NCBI GenBank assembly: GCA_031416315.1
Contig: JANOTL010000188.1
Coordinates: 1 to 64,000 of the forward strand
DNA: 64,000 nucleotides
Reading direction: 5' to 3'
Source of the DNA: Pseudomonadota bacterium
GTDB lineage: Bacteria > Bdellovibrionota_B > Oligoflexia > Oligoflexales > CAIYRB01
Part shown: piece by piece, positions 49,816-58,927 of the stretch
Numbering within the stretch: the stretch's first letter is position 1
Layout: every line of letters starts with the position of its first letter
Program-made: the position numbers and the translations under genes
Notes under the pieces: generated by a model
The model's input: the letters and a program-made list of their open reading frames with translations, nothing else
Database searches by the model: none
Told to the model about the DNA's origin: nothing

Positions 49816-51584
49816 GCCGTAAGATCCTCGTTGCCGTGGCATGGCCCTATGCCAACGGCCTTCAGCACATCGGTCACATCGCCGGCGCCTATCTGCCGCC
49901 GGACGTGTTCGCGCGGTATCAGCGCATGGTCGGCAATGAAGTGTTGATGGTCTCCGGCTCGGACACGCACGGGACCCCGGTGGCGCTCAAGGCCGAGGAA
50001 GAAAAGACGACGCCGGCGAAAATCGTCGAGCGCTTCCACGGCAAGTTCATCGAGACCTATCTGAAGATGGGCCTCACCTTCGACCTGTTCACGCACACCC
50101 ACACCGACATCCACGAGAAACTGGTCCACGAGTTCTTCACCGACCTGCTCGAGAAGAAGTACCTCTACTCGTCGGCCTCGAAGCAGCTTTTCGACAAGAA
50201 AGCCGGCCGCTTCCTGCCCGACCGCTACATCGAGGGCGAATGCCCGCACTGCGGCTTCAAAGACGCCCGGGGCGACCAGTGCGACAATTGCGGCAAGACC
50301 TACGAGGCCATCGAGCTGAAAAGTCCGCGCTCGAAGATGACCGGCTCGACGGACCTCGAGATCCGCGACACCGAGCATTTCTTCGTCGACTTGGGCAAGC
50401 TCAACGACTCTTTGCTCACGTGGATCTCGGCCCCCGACAAGGCGCATTGGCGCAAGCACGTCCTGAACTTCACCCGCGGCACCCTGGAGAAAAAGGAGCT
50501 GCGCGGCACTGCGATCACGCGCGACCTCGAGTGGGGGGTGACGATCCCCCTCCCCGACCCGGCCTATGCCAGTAAACGAATTTACGTTTGGTTCGAAGCC
50601 GTCATGGGCTACTTGTCCGCGGCGCAAGAATGGGCCCAAAGAGTCGGCAGGCCGGACGCCTGGAAGGGCTGGTGGGACGAGAAGGAGGGCGCGGACTCGC
50701 GCTCCTACTACTTCATCGGCAAGGATAACATCACCTTCCACACCATCCATTGGCCCGGCTACCTGACGGCGAAGGGCGGCCTCAAGCTCCCCTATGACGT
50801 GCCCGCGAACGAATACCTGAACAGCTACGGCCGCAAGTTCTCGAAGAGCCGCGGGACCTCGATCACGGTGCTCGACGTGCTCGAGCGCTACCAGGCCGAT
50901 GCCTGGCGCTACGCCCTAACGGCGCTCGCGCCCGAGACCTCTGACGTCGACTTCACTTGGGACGATTTCCTCGAGAAAGTGAACAACGAGCTCGTAGCGA
51001 ACTGGGGCAACCTAGCAAACCGCATGCTCGGCTTCGGCTTCAAGCGCTACGACGGCAAGATCCCCGCGATCTCTGCCCCGCTCGACGCGGCCGACTCCGC
51101 GCTCCTTGCGGAGGTCGAGACCGGCTTCAAGACCGTGGGCGAGCTCTACGACACGGTCAAGCTCCGCTCGGCGCTGGAGGAGATCCGCCGCCTGAGCCAG
51201 CGCGTGAACCAGTACTTGAACGACAAGGCCCCCTGGACGACGATCAAGACCAATCCAGAGGCCGCTCAGACCTCGGTGTTCGTCGCCTTGCAATGCATCG
51301 AATGGCTGAAGACGATGTGGTCGCCGATTCTCCCGGAGTCGAGCCAGAAGATCCACGCGGCCTTAGGCGGCGAGGGTGAGCTCTTCGGCCGGCAGTTCAC
51401 CGAGACGGTCAGCGACTCGAAGGGCGAGCGCCAGATCCTGCGCTACGACCATTCGCAAGCGGTCGGCAAATGGGTCGCCACGAAACTCGTTCCAGGGACG
51501 GCGATGCGTCAGCCCGAGGCTCCGTTCAGAAAGCTGGACGAGCTCGCGGTTCAGGCGGAAGCAGGTCCGGTCGCGGCTCCGTGA
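49812..51584 (+). CDS. metG: Methionyl-tRNA synthetase without C-terminal tRNA-binding domain
   Basis: PYANG..HIGH, CPHC...CDNC knuckle, KFSKS. TTG start overlaps the thrS stop. Confidence 0.96.
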   Translation: MSRKILVAVAWPYANGLQHIGHIAGAYLPPDVFARYQRMVGNEVLMVSGSDTHGTPVALKAEEEKTTPAKIVERFHGKFIETYLKMGLTFDLFTHTHTDIHEKLVHEFFTDLLEKKYLYSSASKQLFDKKAGRFLPDRYIEGECPHCGFKDARGDQCDNCGKTYEAIELKSPRSKMTGSTDLEIRDTEHFFVDLGKLNDSLLTWISAPDKAHWRKHVLNFTRGTLEKKELRGTAITRDLEWGVTIPLPDPAYASKRIYVWFEAVMGYLSAAQEWAQRVGRPDAWKGWWDEKEGADSRSYYFIGKDNITFHTIHWPGYLTAKGGLKLPYDVPANEYLNSYGRKFSKSRGTSITVLDVLERYQADAWRYALTALAPETSDVDFTWDDFLEKVNNELVANWGNLANRMLGFGFKRYDGKIPAISAPLDAADSALLAEVETGFKTVGELYDTVKLRSALEEIRRLSQRVNQYLNDKAPWTTIKTNPEAAQTSVFVALQCIEWLKTMWSPILPESSQKIHAALGGEGELFGRQFTETVSDSKGERQILRYDHSQAVGKWVATKLVPGTAMRQPEAPFRKLDELAVQAEAGPVAAP

Positions 51585-51605
51585 GCCGGGCGGCGCGGGG
51601 GTTTT

Positions 51606-51770
51606 GGAAAACCCCCAGGGGATGCGATTGAGATGGGACTAGGGCGCCACCGAGCAAAGTGGCAGACAGGCTTCTTACAAGCCAGCGGCAAGGTAGGTTC
51701 GCACTGACGGCTGGGCTCTTTTGAGGAGCCAGACTAGTGGCAAGTGGATTCGCATCCCCCGGTGATTTCC
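51606..51770 (-). ncRNA. Structured ncRNA candidate (6S RNA-like rod)
   Basis: The termini pair over ~21 bp (GGAAAUCACCGGGGGAUGCGA with UCGCAUCCCCUGGGGGUUUUCC), with an internal bubble and further stems. Intergenic between convergent genes. Strand inferred from a weak TACTCT -10. Confidence 0.5.
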
Positions 51771-51970
51771 AGATCCAAGAGTAAAGGGCTAGGCCCAAGG
51801 CAATAAATCCATTCTCGCGCTTCCGATAAGTCTATGAATTTATTGACTTTGCAGGGCGCGCTGAACTGGCCTGGCGTGCCGCCGGCCAAGATCCGAATAA
51901 AATTTCAGTAACATTAGATGGTTGCGGATCATGCCGGGAACGACATGCAGTCGATGCGGCTCAATGCCGC

Positions 51971-54190
51971 TCACGCAGCCTGCGCGCTCACCGGCGCCTC
52001 GTAGACGCGCTCGACCAGATTCGTGACTGAGCACTCGTAGATCCCGGGTCCCGTGACCTCGAGGACTTCGGCGAAAATCGGGCAATGGCACTCGAGCTTG
52101 AGGAGGCTTTCGCCACCCGCTTCGTACATGCCGATCAGTTTATAAACCGGAAGCGATTTAGCCTTGCCTTTCAGCTTGAAGTCGCCGGCCGGCGCGACGA
52201 CCGCGTACTGCTTGATGCGCTCGACGGTGGGCGCCGAGATCAGGATGTCGGTCTTCAGCTCTTTCGACAAGGACTCGATCCGCGCCGCGATGTTCACCGT
52301 GTCGCCGATGACCGTGTAGTCGATCCGGGTCGAGCTGCCGACGCCGCCGGCGATGACCCGACCGGCATGGATCCCGATGCCGATCGAGATCGCGAACTTT
52401 CCGGCTTCCTTCCTGCGCTGGTTGAAGAGGTGGAGCTCCTTACGCATCTGGACCGCGCAGCGCGCCGCCATCTCGGCGTCACGCTCCGTGCTCATGGGCG
52501 CGCCCCAGACCGCCATGATCGCGTCGCCGATGAACTTGTCGACGACGCCGCCGTGGGCGCTGATCACGTCGACCATGATGGTGAAATACTCGTTCAAAAG
52601 GCCGACGACCTCTTCAGCCGGGAAGATCTCGGAAATCGTCGTGAAGCTGCGCACGTCGGTGAAGAGAATGGTGACGTCGCGCGATTGACCTTTGATCGTC
52701 TCCGGGCGCTCGAGCAGGCGGTCGACGACCTTGGGGTCGACGTGCTGGCGAAACTTCGTCTTGATCTGGTCCCTTTGCACGACGGTCGAGCCGAACTCGA
52801 ACGCGGCGAGGCCCGCGAGGACGACGCAGAGCGCCAGGTCGTGGGAGAAGAGAACGATGCTCGACAGCGAGCCGCGCAGGAGGTTCAGCTCGATCGCGGA
52901 GAATAAGCCGAGCGAGAACAACATGAAGATGGATAGGAAGATCGAGGACAAGAGCCGCATGCGGCTTTTGCGGGTGTGCGCCAGAAAGAGCGTCGTGATC
53001 AGCGCGAGGCCGAGCGCGTAGGTCGCCGCGGCGATGCGCGTCCAAACGATGACGTGGCGCTTCAAAGCGAACAGTACGTCGGTGAAATACGGAAGGCCGA
53101 GGACCGTCACGACCAGCATGAAGAAGGCGAAACCCAGCGCCGCGTAGATCACGCGGTTGAAGATGGCGTTGTTTCGTCGGAAAAACCGCTCGACAAAAAG
53201 GACGAATAAGAGCGATTCGGTGAAATCGATCACCGAGGCGACGTTGAACGCGTTGAACGTCAAGGGCGCCGCCATCTCGAAGTAGTCCGAATACAAGATG
53301 AGCTTGGCCGAGCTCGTGAACACGAACAGGCAGAAGACCATGTTTTCGAAGTTCTTCGACATGGCCAAGAATATGAAGCAGAAGATGAGACACACGGTAA
53401 GGCGGGGCAGGATGAACCAGAGGTAAAACGTCGTCTTCATCTCGCGGGCGGTGAACGCCAATGGCTCCAGGATCGAGCGTGGCCCGATCACGATCTCGCC
53501 GTAGTGCGAGAGACCCTGATAGGCGAGCTCGCCGGGCATGATCTTGAACGCCAGCGTGATCTGCCCCCGCTCGATGAAGCGGCGCGGGATCGTGATGTTG
53601 AGGAGGCTCTTGGAGCCGACGTCGACGAGCTCGCCGTCAATGTAGAACTCGTAACGATCGGCCCAGATGTAGACCGAGTGAAAGAGCGCCATTTCCTTCG
53701 CGATCACCAGGTTCGCGGGCAGGGTGACCGTCGTCCGGTAGTAAACCGTCTGCCCTTTGACATAGTTTTGCAGCGGGAACTCGCGCTGCGGCAGGACGAC
53801 CTGCTTCTGGAAGTTATCGGCCGGCCAGGCCGAGGTCACCTGGCAATCGAGCCAACCGCAGACCTGGCGGTCTTGGACCGGATCACCGAAGTAGGTGTCC
53901 CACTTGACGCTCGACTTGGTCAGGTTGAAAACGGAAGGCGCCGAGTAGGCTGCCGGCGGCCAGTCGTCGTAGCGCGAGATGTAGCGTGTGAAGAAGAAGA
54001 GGATCGCGCACAGCACGAGCCAAGTGACGCCAACCGCGATCGCCGGGATGCGGGTCTCTTGACGGCGCGACGAGCGCACCTGACCGGAGCGCTCCAAATT
54101 GCTGAACAGTTTCTGAACAAGACCGAAGCGCAGGAGGCCTTGGGCCGCACCCGCGCAGACGTCTTCGAGTTTTTGCGCGACCCATCCCAA
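51971..54190 (-). CDS. Membrane class III adenylate cyclase (periplasmic domain + ~7 TM)
   Basis: TILFTDVRSFT, VDKFIGDAIMA, DYTVIGDTVNIAARIE. Confidence 0.9.
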   Translation of the reverse strand: MGWVAQKLEDVCAGAAQGLLRFGLVQKLFSNLERSGQVRSSRRQETRIPAIAVGVTWLVLCAILFFFTRYISRYDDWPPAAYSAPSVFNLTKSSVKWDTYFGDPVQDRQVCGWLDCQVTSAWPADNFQKQVVLPQREFPLQNYVKGQTVYYRTTVTLPANLVIAKEMALFHSVYIWADRYEFYIDGELVDVGSKSLLNITIPRRFIERGQITLAFKIMPGELAYQGLSHYGEIVIGPRSILEPLAFTAREMKTTFYLWFILPRLTVCLIFCFIFLAMSKNFENMVFCLFVFTSSAKLILYSDYFEMAAPLTFNAFNVASVIDFTESLLFVLFVERFFRRNNAIFNRVIYAALGFAFFMLVVTVLGLPYFTDVLFALKRHVIVWTRIAAATYALGLALITTLFLAHTRKSRMRLLSSIFLSIFMLFSLGLFSAIELNLLRGSLSSIVLFSHDLALCVVLAGLAAFEFGSTVVQRDQIKTKFRQHVDPKVVDRLLERPETIKGQSRDVTILFTDVRSFTTISEIFPAEEVVGLLNEYFTIMVDVISAHGGVVDKFIGDAIMAVWGAPMSTERDAEMAARCAVQMRKELHLFNQRRKEAGKFAISIGIGIHAGRVIAGGVGSSTRIDYTVIGDTVNIAARIESLSKELKTDILISAPTVERIKQYAVVAPAGDFKLKGKAKSLPVYKLIGMYEAGGESLLKLECHCPIFAEVLEVTGPGIYECSVTNLVERVYEAPVSAQAA

Positions 54191-54211
54191 TGCAGCGTCC
54201 GTTCAGGAGAC

Positions 54212-55573
54212 TTACGGCCGCGCCGAACGCGCCTTCGCGTCGAGGTAGCCTCTGAGCGCGTCCGAGAAGTCATTGGCGTCGTTGCCGATGGCGTCGAAGA
54301 TTTCCTTGAAGTCGATGGTCTGGTAGCCCAGGCCCTTTTTGTCGGACGTGTAGAGGAGGCCGATGTTCTGCACGTTGAGCCCGACGTACTTCTCGGTCGG
54401 CGAGTCGATCTTGATGCGGCTCAGGATCGTCGGATCGTTGGTGATGTACTCGAGGCCCGATTTGCAGGCTTCCATGAAGACGATCGGGAAGTACATGCCG
54501 AGCTTCGGATCGCGCCCGCCGACGCGCTGGATCATCTGAAGGTATTCCTTCTTGCTGATGCCGACCGGCTCGAGGGGGACCGGTGACTTGGCGACCTGAT
54601 CTTTCATGAGAACCGTGTCGATCTCGTCGAGGATGGGGTTGTCCATCTTGTCGGCGTCGAGGATGGGATTGTCCATCTTGTCGGCGTCGAGGATGGGATT
54701 GTCCATCTTGTCGGCGTCGAGGCCGACGACGTTCTGCCCGTCAGCCGCGGCGACCTGGGTGCCGGCGGGCGGCGCCTTGCCGACGACCGAGCGCCACACT
54801 TCCTCGTCGGGCATGTTGCGGACGTCGACCGAAAGGTGCGGGGCGACGGCCATGTCGCGTGAGCCGTGCGACTTCGTGATCATGACGTAGCGATAGCCGC
54901 CGCTCGGGAAGAACTCCATCACCTTGTCGATAGCCTTCTTGAACACGAGGCTCGAGCTCAGCGGCTGCGCGAGGAGGCGGAAATCCGGGAACGCGTAGTA
55001 AGACAGCGTGCCCTGCTCTTTGCGCTGACCCGGGAGGCAGTAGTCGAAATTGAGCGTGCGCTCCGGATCCTGCGTCCTGCCGGCGCGAGGGATGCTCGGC
55101 GCATCGCTACCGAAGTTACGGAAGATGATGAGGCCCATGTCATAGCGGCTGTTCTGCAGGCACACGGAGCGAGTCAGATAGCGAACGTCCTCGTCGACCG
55201 TGCGGCGGAAGCCGCTCCAGTCATCGGACACGCGCGTGACGATCTTGCCAAGCTTGGTCTTTTCGTTGGCGTTGGTCTTGTCGCTCGCGATCCCGGATCT
55301 CAGCTTCGCAAGCAGCGCGTCCTTGTTCACGCTGGCGAAGTCGTCGTCCGTCGGCGCATACGTGTCGTTCACGTAGTAGACGAGAACGACCTTCTTCGCG
55401 CGGATGGCGGGATCGTCGATCAGCTGTGGCGAGCTCATTGCTTGGCCGGCCTGCAGATCCTTGAGCTCGGCGCTCTGCGGCGGCGGCGTGCTTTGACGCG
55501 CTTTGCACGCAGAAACCAAGCCGACGACGACAGCGACTCGTACGAAATTTTTGAACACGACGGACATCCACAT
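54212..55573 (-). CDS. Lipoprotein, clostripain (C11)/caspase-hemoglobinase-fold-like peptidase
   Basis: Lipobox VSAC, VVLVYYVND, MITKSHG (His) and IVFMEAC (Cys) dyad motifs. Confidence 0.6.
   Translation of the reverse strand: MWMSVVFKNFVRVAVVVGLVSACKARQSTPPPQSAELKDLQAGQAMSSPQLIDDPAIRAKKVVLVYYVNDTYAPTDDDFASVNKDALLAKLRSGIASDKTNANEKTKLGKIVTRVSDDWSGFRRTVDEDVRYLTRSVCLQNSRYDMGLIIFRNFGSDAPSIPRAGRTQDPERTLNFDYCLPGQRKEQGTLSYYAFPDFRLLAQPLSSSLVFKKAIDKVMEFFPSGGYRYVMITKSHGSRDMAVAPHLSVDVRNMPDEEVWRSVVGKAPPAGTQVAAADGQNVVGLDADKMDNPILDADKMDNPILDADKMDNPILDEIDTVLMKDQVAKSPVPLEPVGISKKEYLQMIQRVGGRDPKLGMYFPIVFMEACKSGLEYITNDPTILSRIKIDSPTEKYVGLNVQNIGLLYTSDKKGLGYQTIDFKEIFDAIGNDANDFSDALRGYLDAKARSARP
54625..54722. repeat. 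30-bp tandem repeat, ~3.3 copies (encodes LDADKMDNPI)
   Basis: GGATGGGATTGTCCATCTTGTCGGCGTCGA at 54661 and 54691, plus a copy at 54631 with one mismatch. Confidence 0.95.
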
Positions 55574-55697
55574 ACCCCGCGCTGCCAGGAACGATTTCTA
55601 GGGTCTCTGGGGGGCCTATCGTCGCGGCTCGCGCAGACCTTAGCCGAAGGGCGCGACGGATGGTGCAAGCTTCTGGAATTACAGGTGGATACGAAGA

Positions 55698-56969
55698 TTA
55701 GTCAGGCGCAGCCCGACGCTCAAGGGCCAAGCCTTCGGCGCGCGTCGACCAGGCACCATTGCGAAATGATTTCAATAAGCGCTCGAGGGTCTCGCCGAGT
55801 GCCGGTCCTGGCGTCAATCCGAGCTCTCTCTTCAGGTCCTCGCCCGTGATCGGGAGCTTCGTGCGCCGAAGGAGCCCGTGCTCGGCTTCGAGGCGCGCGA
55901 GCGCGGCGATTCCAGCCGCGACTTTCGCTGCCGATGGCCCACCCTTCCATGGCGGCGACGCCGCCGCGGCCTTCCACGTCGGCAGGAAGAACGCGAGAAA
56001 GCTCCCCTCCCCGCCTGCGCTCTCCACCGCGTCGATGATCTCCATCGCCAGCGCACGCTCGGCAGGCACGCCTTCCAAGCATGCAAATCCGCAAAGCGCC
56101 TCGGTCAAGATCCGCGTCTCCAGGCGTGCCAGCTTCAGGCGGTCTCCCAGTCGCTGGGCGTCGAAGGTCCTGGCGGTGGACGCGAGCGCCAGGGTCGCCA
56201 GCATCGCAAGCCAGCGCTGGGGCCCTACGACCTCGGGGGATACGACCGGCGAGAACTCGAGCTCTGGCGCCACGGCGGTCGCGACGCCGGTGTCTACCAT
56301 GGCTTTGAGGACCGGCTGCGGCTCTTTCACCGCGAGAATCTGCTTCAACTCGGCGGTCATGCGCTCCTGGCTGACCCGGCTCAAACCTTGCGAAGTCTTT
56401 TTGATCGCTTCGAGAGCAGCCGGATCGGGCGTGAAGCCGAGCCGCGCCCAAAATCGAAAGAAGCGCATGCTTCTGAGGTAGTCCTCGGCGATGCGCTGCT
56501 CAGCGTCGCCGACGAAGCGTAGGACGCGCGCGGCGATGTCGGCTTGACCGCCGAAGAAGTCGAGGACCTTGCCGTCCTTGTCCTCGAACATGGCGTTGAT
56601 CGTGAAGTCTCGCCGACCAGCGTCCTCGGCGAAGCCCGCGTCGAAGCTCACCGACGCGTGGCGACCGTCTGTGGCGACATCGCGACGCAGCGTGGTCACC
56701 TCGACCGGCCCTGCCGGAAAAACCGCGGTGATCGTCCCGTGGTCGAGCCCCGTCGGCACGCACTTCACGCCGGCGGCGCGAAACGCCTCCATCGCTTTTT
56801 GCGGCGGCGCGGACGTGGCCACGTCGAAGTCTTTCGGCGCAACGCCCAAGAGACGATCGCGTACGCAGCCTCCGGCAAGGCGCGCCGCGTTGCCAGCCTC
56901 CTCGAGGATCGCGAGGGCCCGTAAGGCGTCCTTGTAGCGACGCTCGGCGGCGATATCGTCCTCTTTCAG
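55698..56969 (-). CDS. CCA-adding enzyme / poly(A) polymerase family nucleotidyltransferase
   Basis: AGGCVRD...KDFDVAT, RRDFTINA, EDYLR. The conserved N-terminus extends upstream to a CTG at 56969. Confidence 0.9.
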   Translation of the reverse strand: MKEDDIAAERRYKDALRALAILEEAGNAARLAGGCVRDRLLGVAPKDFDVATSAPPQKAMEAFRAAGVKCVPTGLDHGTITAVFPAGPVEVTTLRRDVATDGRHASVSFDAGFAEDAGRRDFTINAMFEDKDGKVLDFFGGQADIAARVLRFVGDAEQRIAEDYLRSMRFFRFWARLGFTPDPAALEAIKKTSQGLSRVSQERMTAELKQILAVKEPQPVLKAMVDTGVATAVAPELEFSPVVSPEVVGPQRWLAMLATLALASTARTFDAQRLGDRLKLARLETRILTEALCGFACLEGVPAERALAMEIIDAVESAGGEGSFLAFFLPTWKAAAASPPWKGGPSAAKVAAGIAALARLEAEHGLLRRTKLPITGEDLKRELGLTPGPALGETLERLLKSFRNGAWSTRAEGLALERRAAPD

Positions 56970-58027
56970 CGCAGCTCCTGCAGGTCGATGAGCTTGACCT
57001 TGACGCTCTCGGGCCTCTTCGCGCCGCGAACGTACGTCAGCTCGACAGCGTCGCCGGGCTTGTACTGGTCGAGTGCGCCATACAGATCATCGTAGTTCTT
57101 GATCTTCACGCCGTCGATGGACACGATGCGGTCGCCAAGCTCGATCTCGCCGTCCTTGAGCCGCGAGGTGCCGCGCAGACCCGCGAGACCGGCCGGCCCG
57201 TCGGGGGAGACCTGCATGAGGATAACGCCGGTGAGGCCGAGACGCGCCGTGACGCCGTCGTCGAACGTCGTGATGCCGAGCCCGGGCTGCTTCACCCGCC
57301 CGTACTTGATCAGCTGCGTGACGATCCGATGGATCGTATTGGCGGGCACGGCGAAGCCGATGCCGGCCGAGGAGCCGCTTTTCGAGAAGATCATCGTGTT
57401 CATGCCGATCAGATAGCCGCGGGAGTCCAAGAGCGGTCCCCCCGAGTTCCCCGGGTTGATCGACGCGTCCGTCTGCACCATGTCGCGGATGGTCACCCCG
57501 CCGATTCCTTGGATCGAGCGTCCTAGGGCCGAAATCGTGCCGCTCGTCAGAGTTTGGTCAAGTCCGAAGGGGCTCCCGATCGCGACCGCCTTTTGCCCGA
57601 CGAGGAGCTCGGTCGAATTGGCGATGCTGACCGGCTCAAATGTGTAATCCGCAGGCACGTCGATCTTGAGAACGGCGATGTCCTTGCGCGGCTCCGCGCC
57701 GACGAGGCGCGCGGGGACGCTCTTGCCGCTTTTGAACGAGACCATGATCTTGTTCGCGTCCTGAATCACGTGGAAGTTCGTCACCACGTGGCCCTCCGCG
57801 CTCCAAAGGAACCCGGTGCCGGTGCCCGCCGGCACCTCGGTCACGTCCATCGAGAACAGGTACCGCTCCAAGCGCATGTTGGACACGTTGACCACGATCT
57901 GCGACGTCCGCTGGAATATCTGGATCGTATTCACTTCGTCCGGCAGCAGATGGCTCGGGATCGGAGGGGCCGCTGCCAGTTGAAATGCCGCGAGAATGAT
58001 CAGGACGAAACGCACACGCCACCACAT
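56966..58027 (-). CDS. HtrA/DegP-family serine protease with one PDZ domain
   Basis: VTNFHV, DIAVLK, QTDASINPGNSGGP. Confidence 0.95.
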   Translation of the reverse strand: MWWRVRFVLIILAAFQLAAAPPIPSHLLPDEVNTIQIFQRTSQIVVNVSNMRLERYLFSMDVTEVPAGTGTGFLWSAEGHVVTNFHVIQDANKIMVSFKSGKSVPARLVGAEPRKDIAVLKIDVPADYTFEPVSIANSTELLVGQKAVAIGSPFGLDQTLTSGTISALGRSIQGIGGVTIRDMVQTDASINPGNSGGPLLDSRGYLIGMNTMIFSKSGSSAGIGFAVPANTIHRIVTQLIKYGRVKQPGLGITTFDDGVTARLGLTGVILMQVSPDGPAGLAGLRGTSRLKDGEIELGDRIVSIDGVKIKNYDDLYGALDQYKPGDAVELTYVRGAKRPESVKVKLIDLQELR

Positions 58028-58129
58028 CTGCTGTTGTTGTTTAAAACGACGCCAACACCTTACATTAATGTTGCTGTTGTGACAGTCAAAACCCCTGAAA
58101 TTGCTGGATACGCCTGGTGTGCCGTTTTT

Positions 58130-58225
58130 CGTTCAAAATACAGATGATTGCTGAACGTCGGGCGAGGGTCTGATTTGTCTTGTGATATTAGGTAGATAGA
58201 CTATCATTTGGGGGATTGCTGAACG
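58130..58225. promoter_or_regulatory. Putative res site / resolvase binding sites
   Basis: 28-bp site CGTTCA-N16-TGAACG (58130-58157). GATTGCTGAACG is repeated at 58146 and 58214. Confidence 0.55.
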
Positions 58226-58297
58226 GCGGGATCGTGTACCATGGAGGAATACGATCCACTGCTCAGGTAATGCACAGAAAAGCGAAGAGGCGAGCAA

Positions 58298-58915
58298 ATG
58301 GAGCGCGTCGGAGTCTACTACCGGGTCTCGACGGAAAAGCAGGATCTCGAGAGCCAGAAGAATACCGTCGAAAAATGGCTGGAAGAGCTCGCCGAGAGCA
58401 AGAAGCCGAAGCACGTCCACGTCTATAAAGACGAAGGCATCTCGGGAAAGACGACCAACCGGCCGGGCTTTCAACAGATGCTGCACGAAGCGTACGCAGG
58501 AAAGCTGGACACCATCATCGTGTATCGACTGGACCGGTTCTCCAGGAACGCCACGACGGCGATCAAGCTGATCCTGAACCTCGACGAGGCCGGGGTGGCT
58601 TTCATCTCCGTCACGCAGCCGGTGCTGAATCTCGGTCACGAGAACCCGTTCCGGCGCACAATGCTGGCCGCCTTCGCCGAAATTGCCGAGATCGAGCGCG
58701 AGACGATCGTGGCGCGCGTGCGAGCGGGGTTAGACGCCGCGAAAAAGCGGGGAGTGAAGCTGGGCGCCCCGGTGAAGGTCACCGGCGAGCAGCAGGACCG
58801 GGCCCGCAGCCTCAAGGAGCAAGGGTGGTCCTATAAAGCGATCGCGCTCGAGTTGAATCTCAGCGTCGGCAGCGTCCATAAACTCGTCAAAGGCGACGCT
58901 CTGCCGCAGAAGTGA
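58298..58915 (+). CDS. Serine recombinase (resolvase/invertase)
   Basis: YYRVSTEKQ, RPGF, YRLDRFSR, C-terminal HTH. Confidence 0.95.
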   Translation: MERVGVYYRVSTEKQDLESQKNTVEKWLEELAESKKPKHVHVYKDEGISGKTTNRPGFQQMLHEAYAGKLDTIIVYRLDRFSRNATTAIKLILNLDEAGVAFISVTQPVLNLGHENPFRRTMLAAFAEIAEIERETIVARVRAGLDAAKKRGVKLGAPVKVTGEQQDRARSLKEQGWSYKAIALELNLSVGSVHKLVKGDALPQK

Positions 58916-58927
58916 ACATGAAGGCGC

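Noticed and set aside
54625..54722. 30-bp repeats as a possible CRISPR array
   Set aside because: Head-to-tail with no spacers, in-frame within a CDS, and no cas genes in the window.
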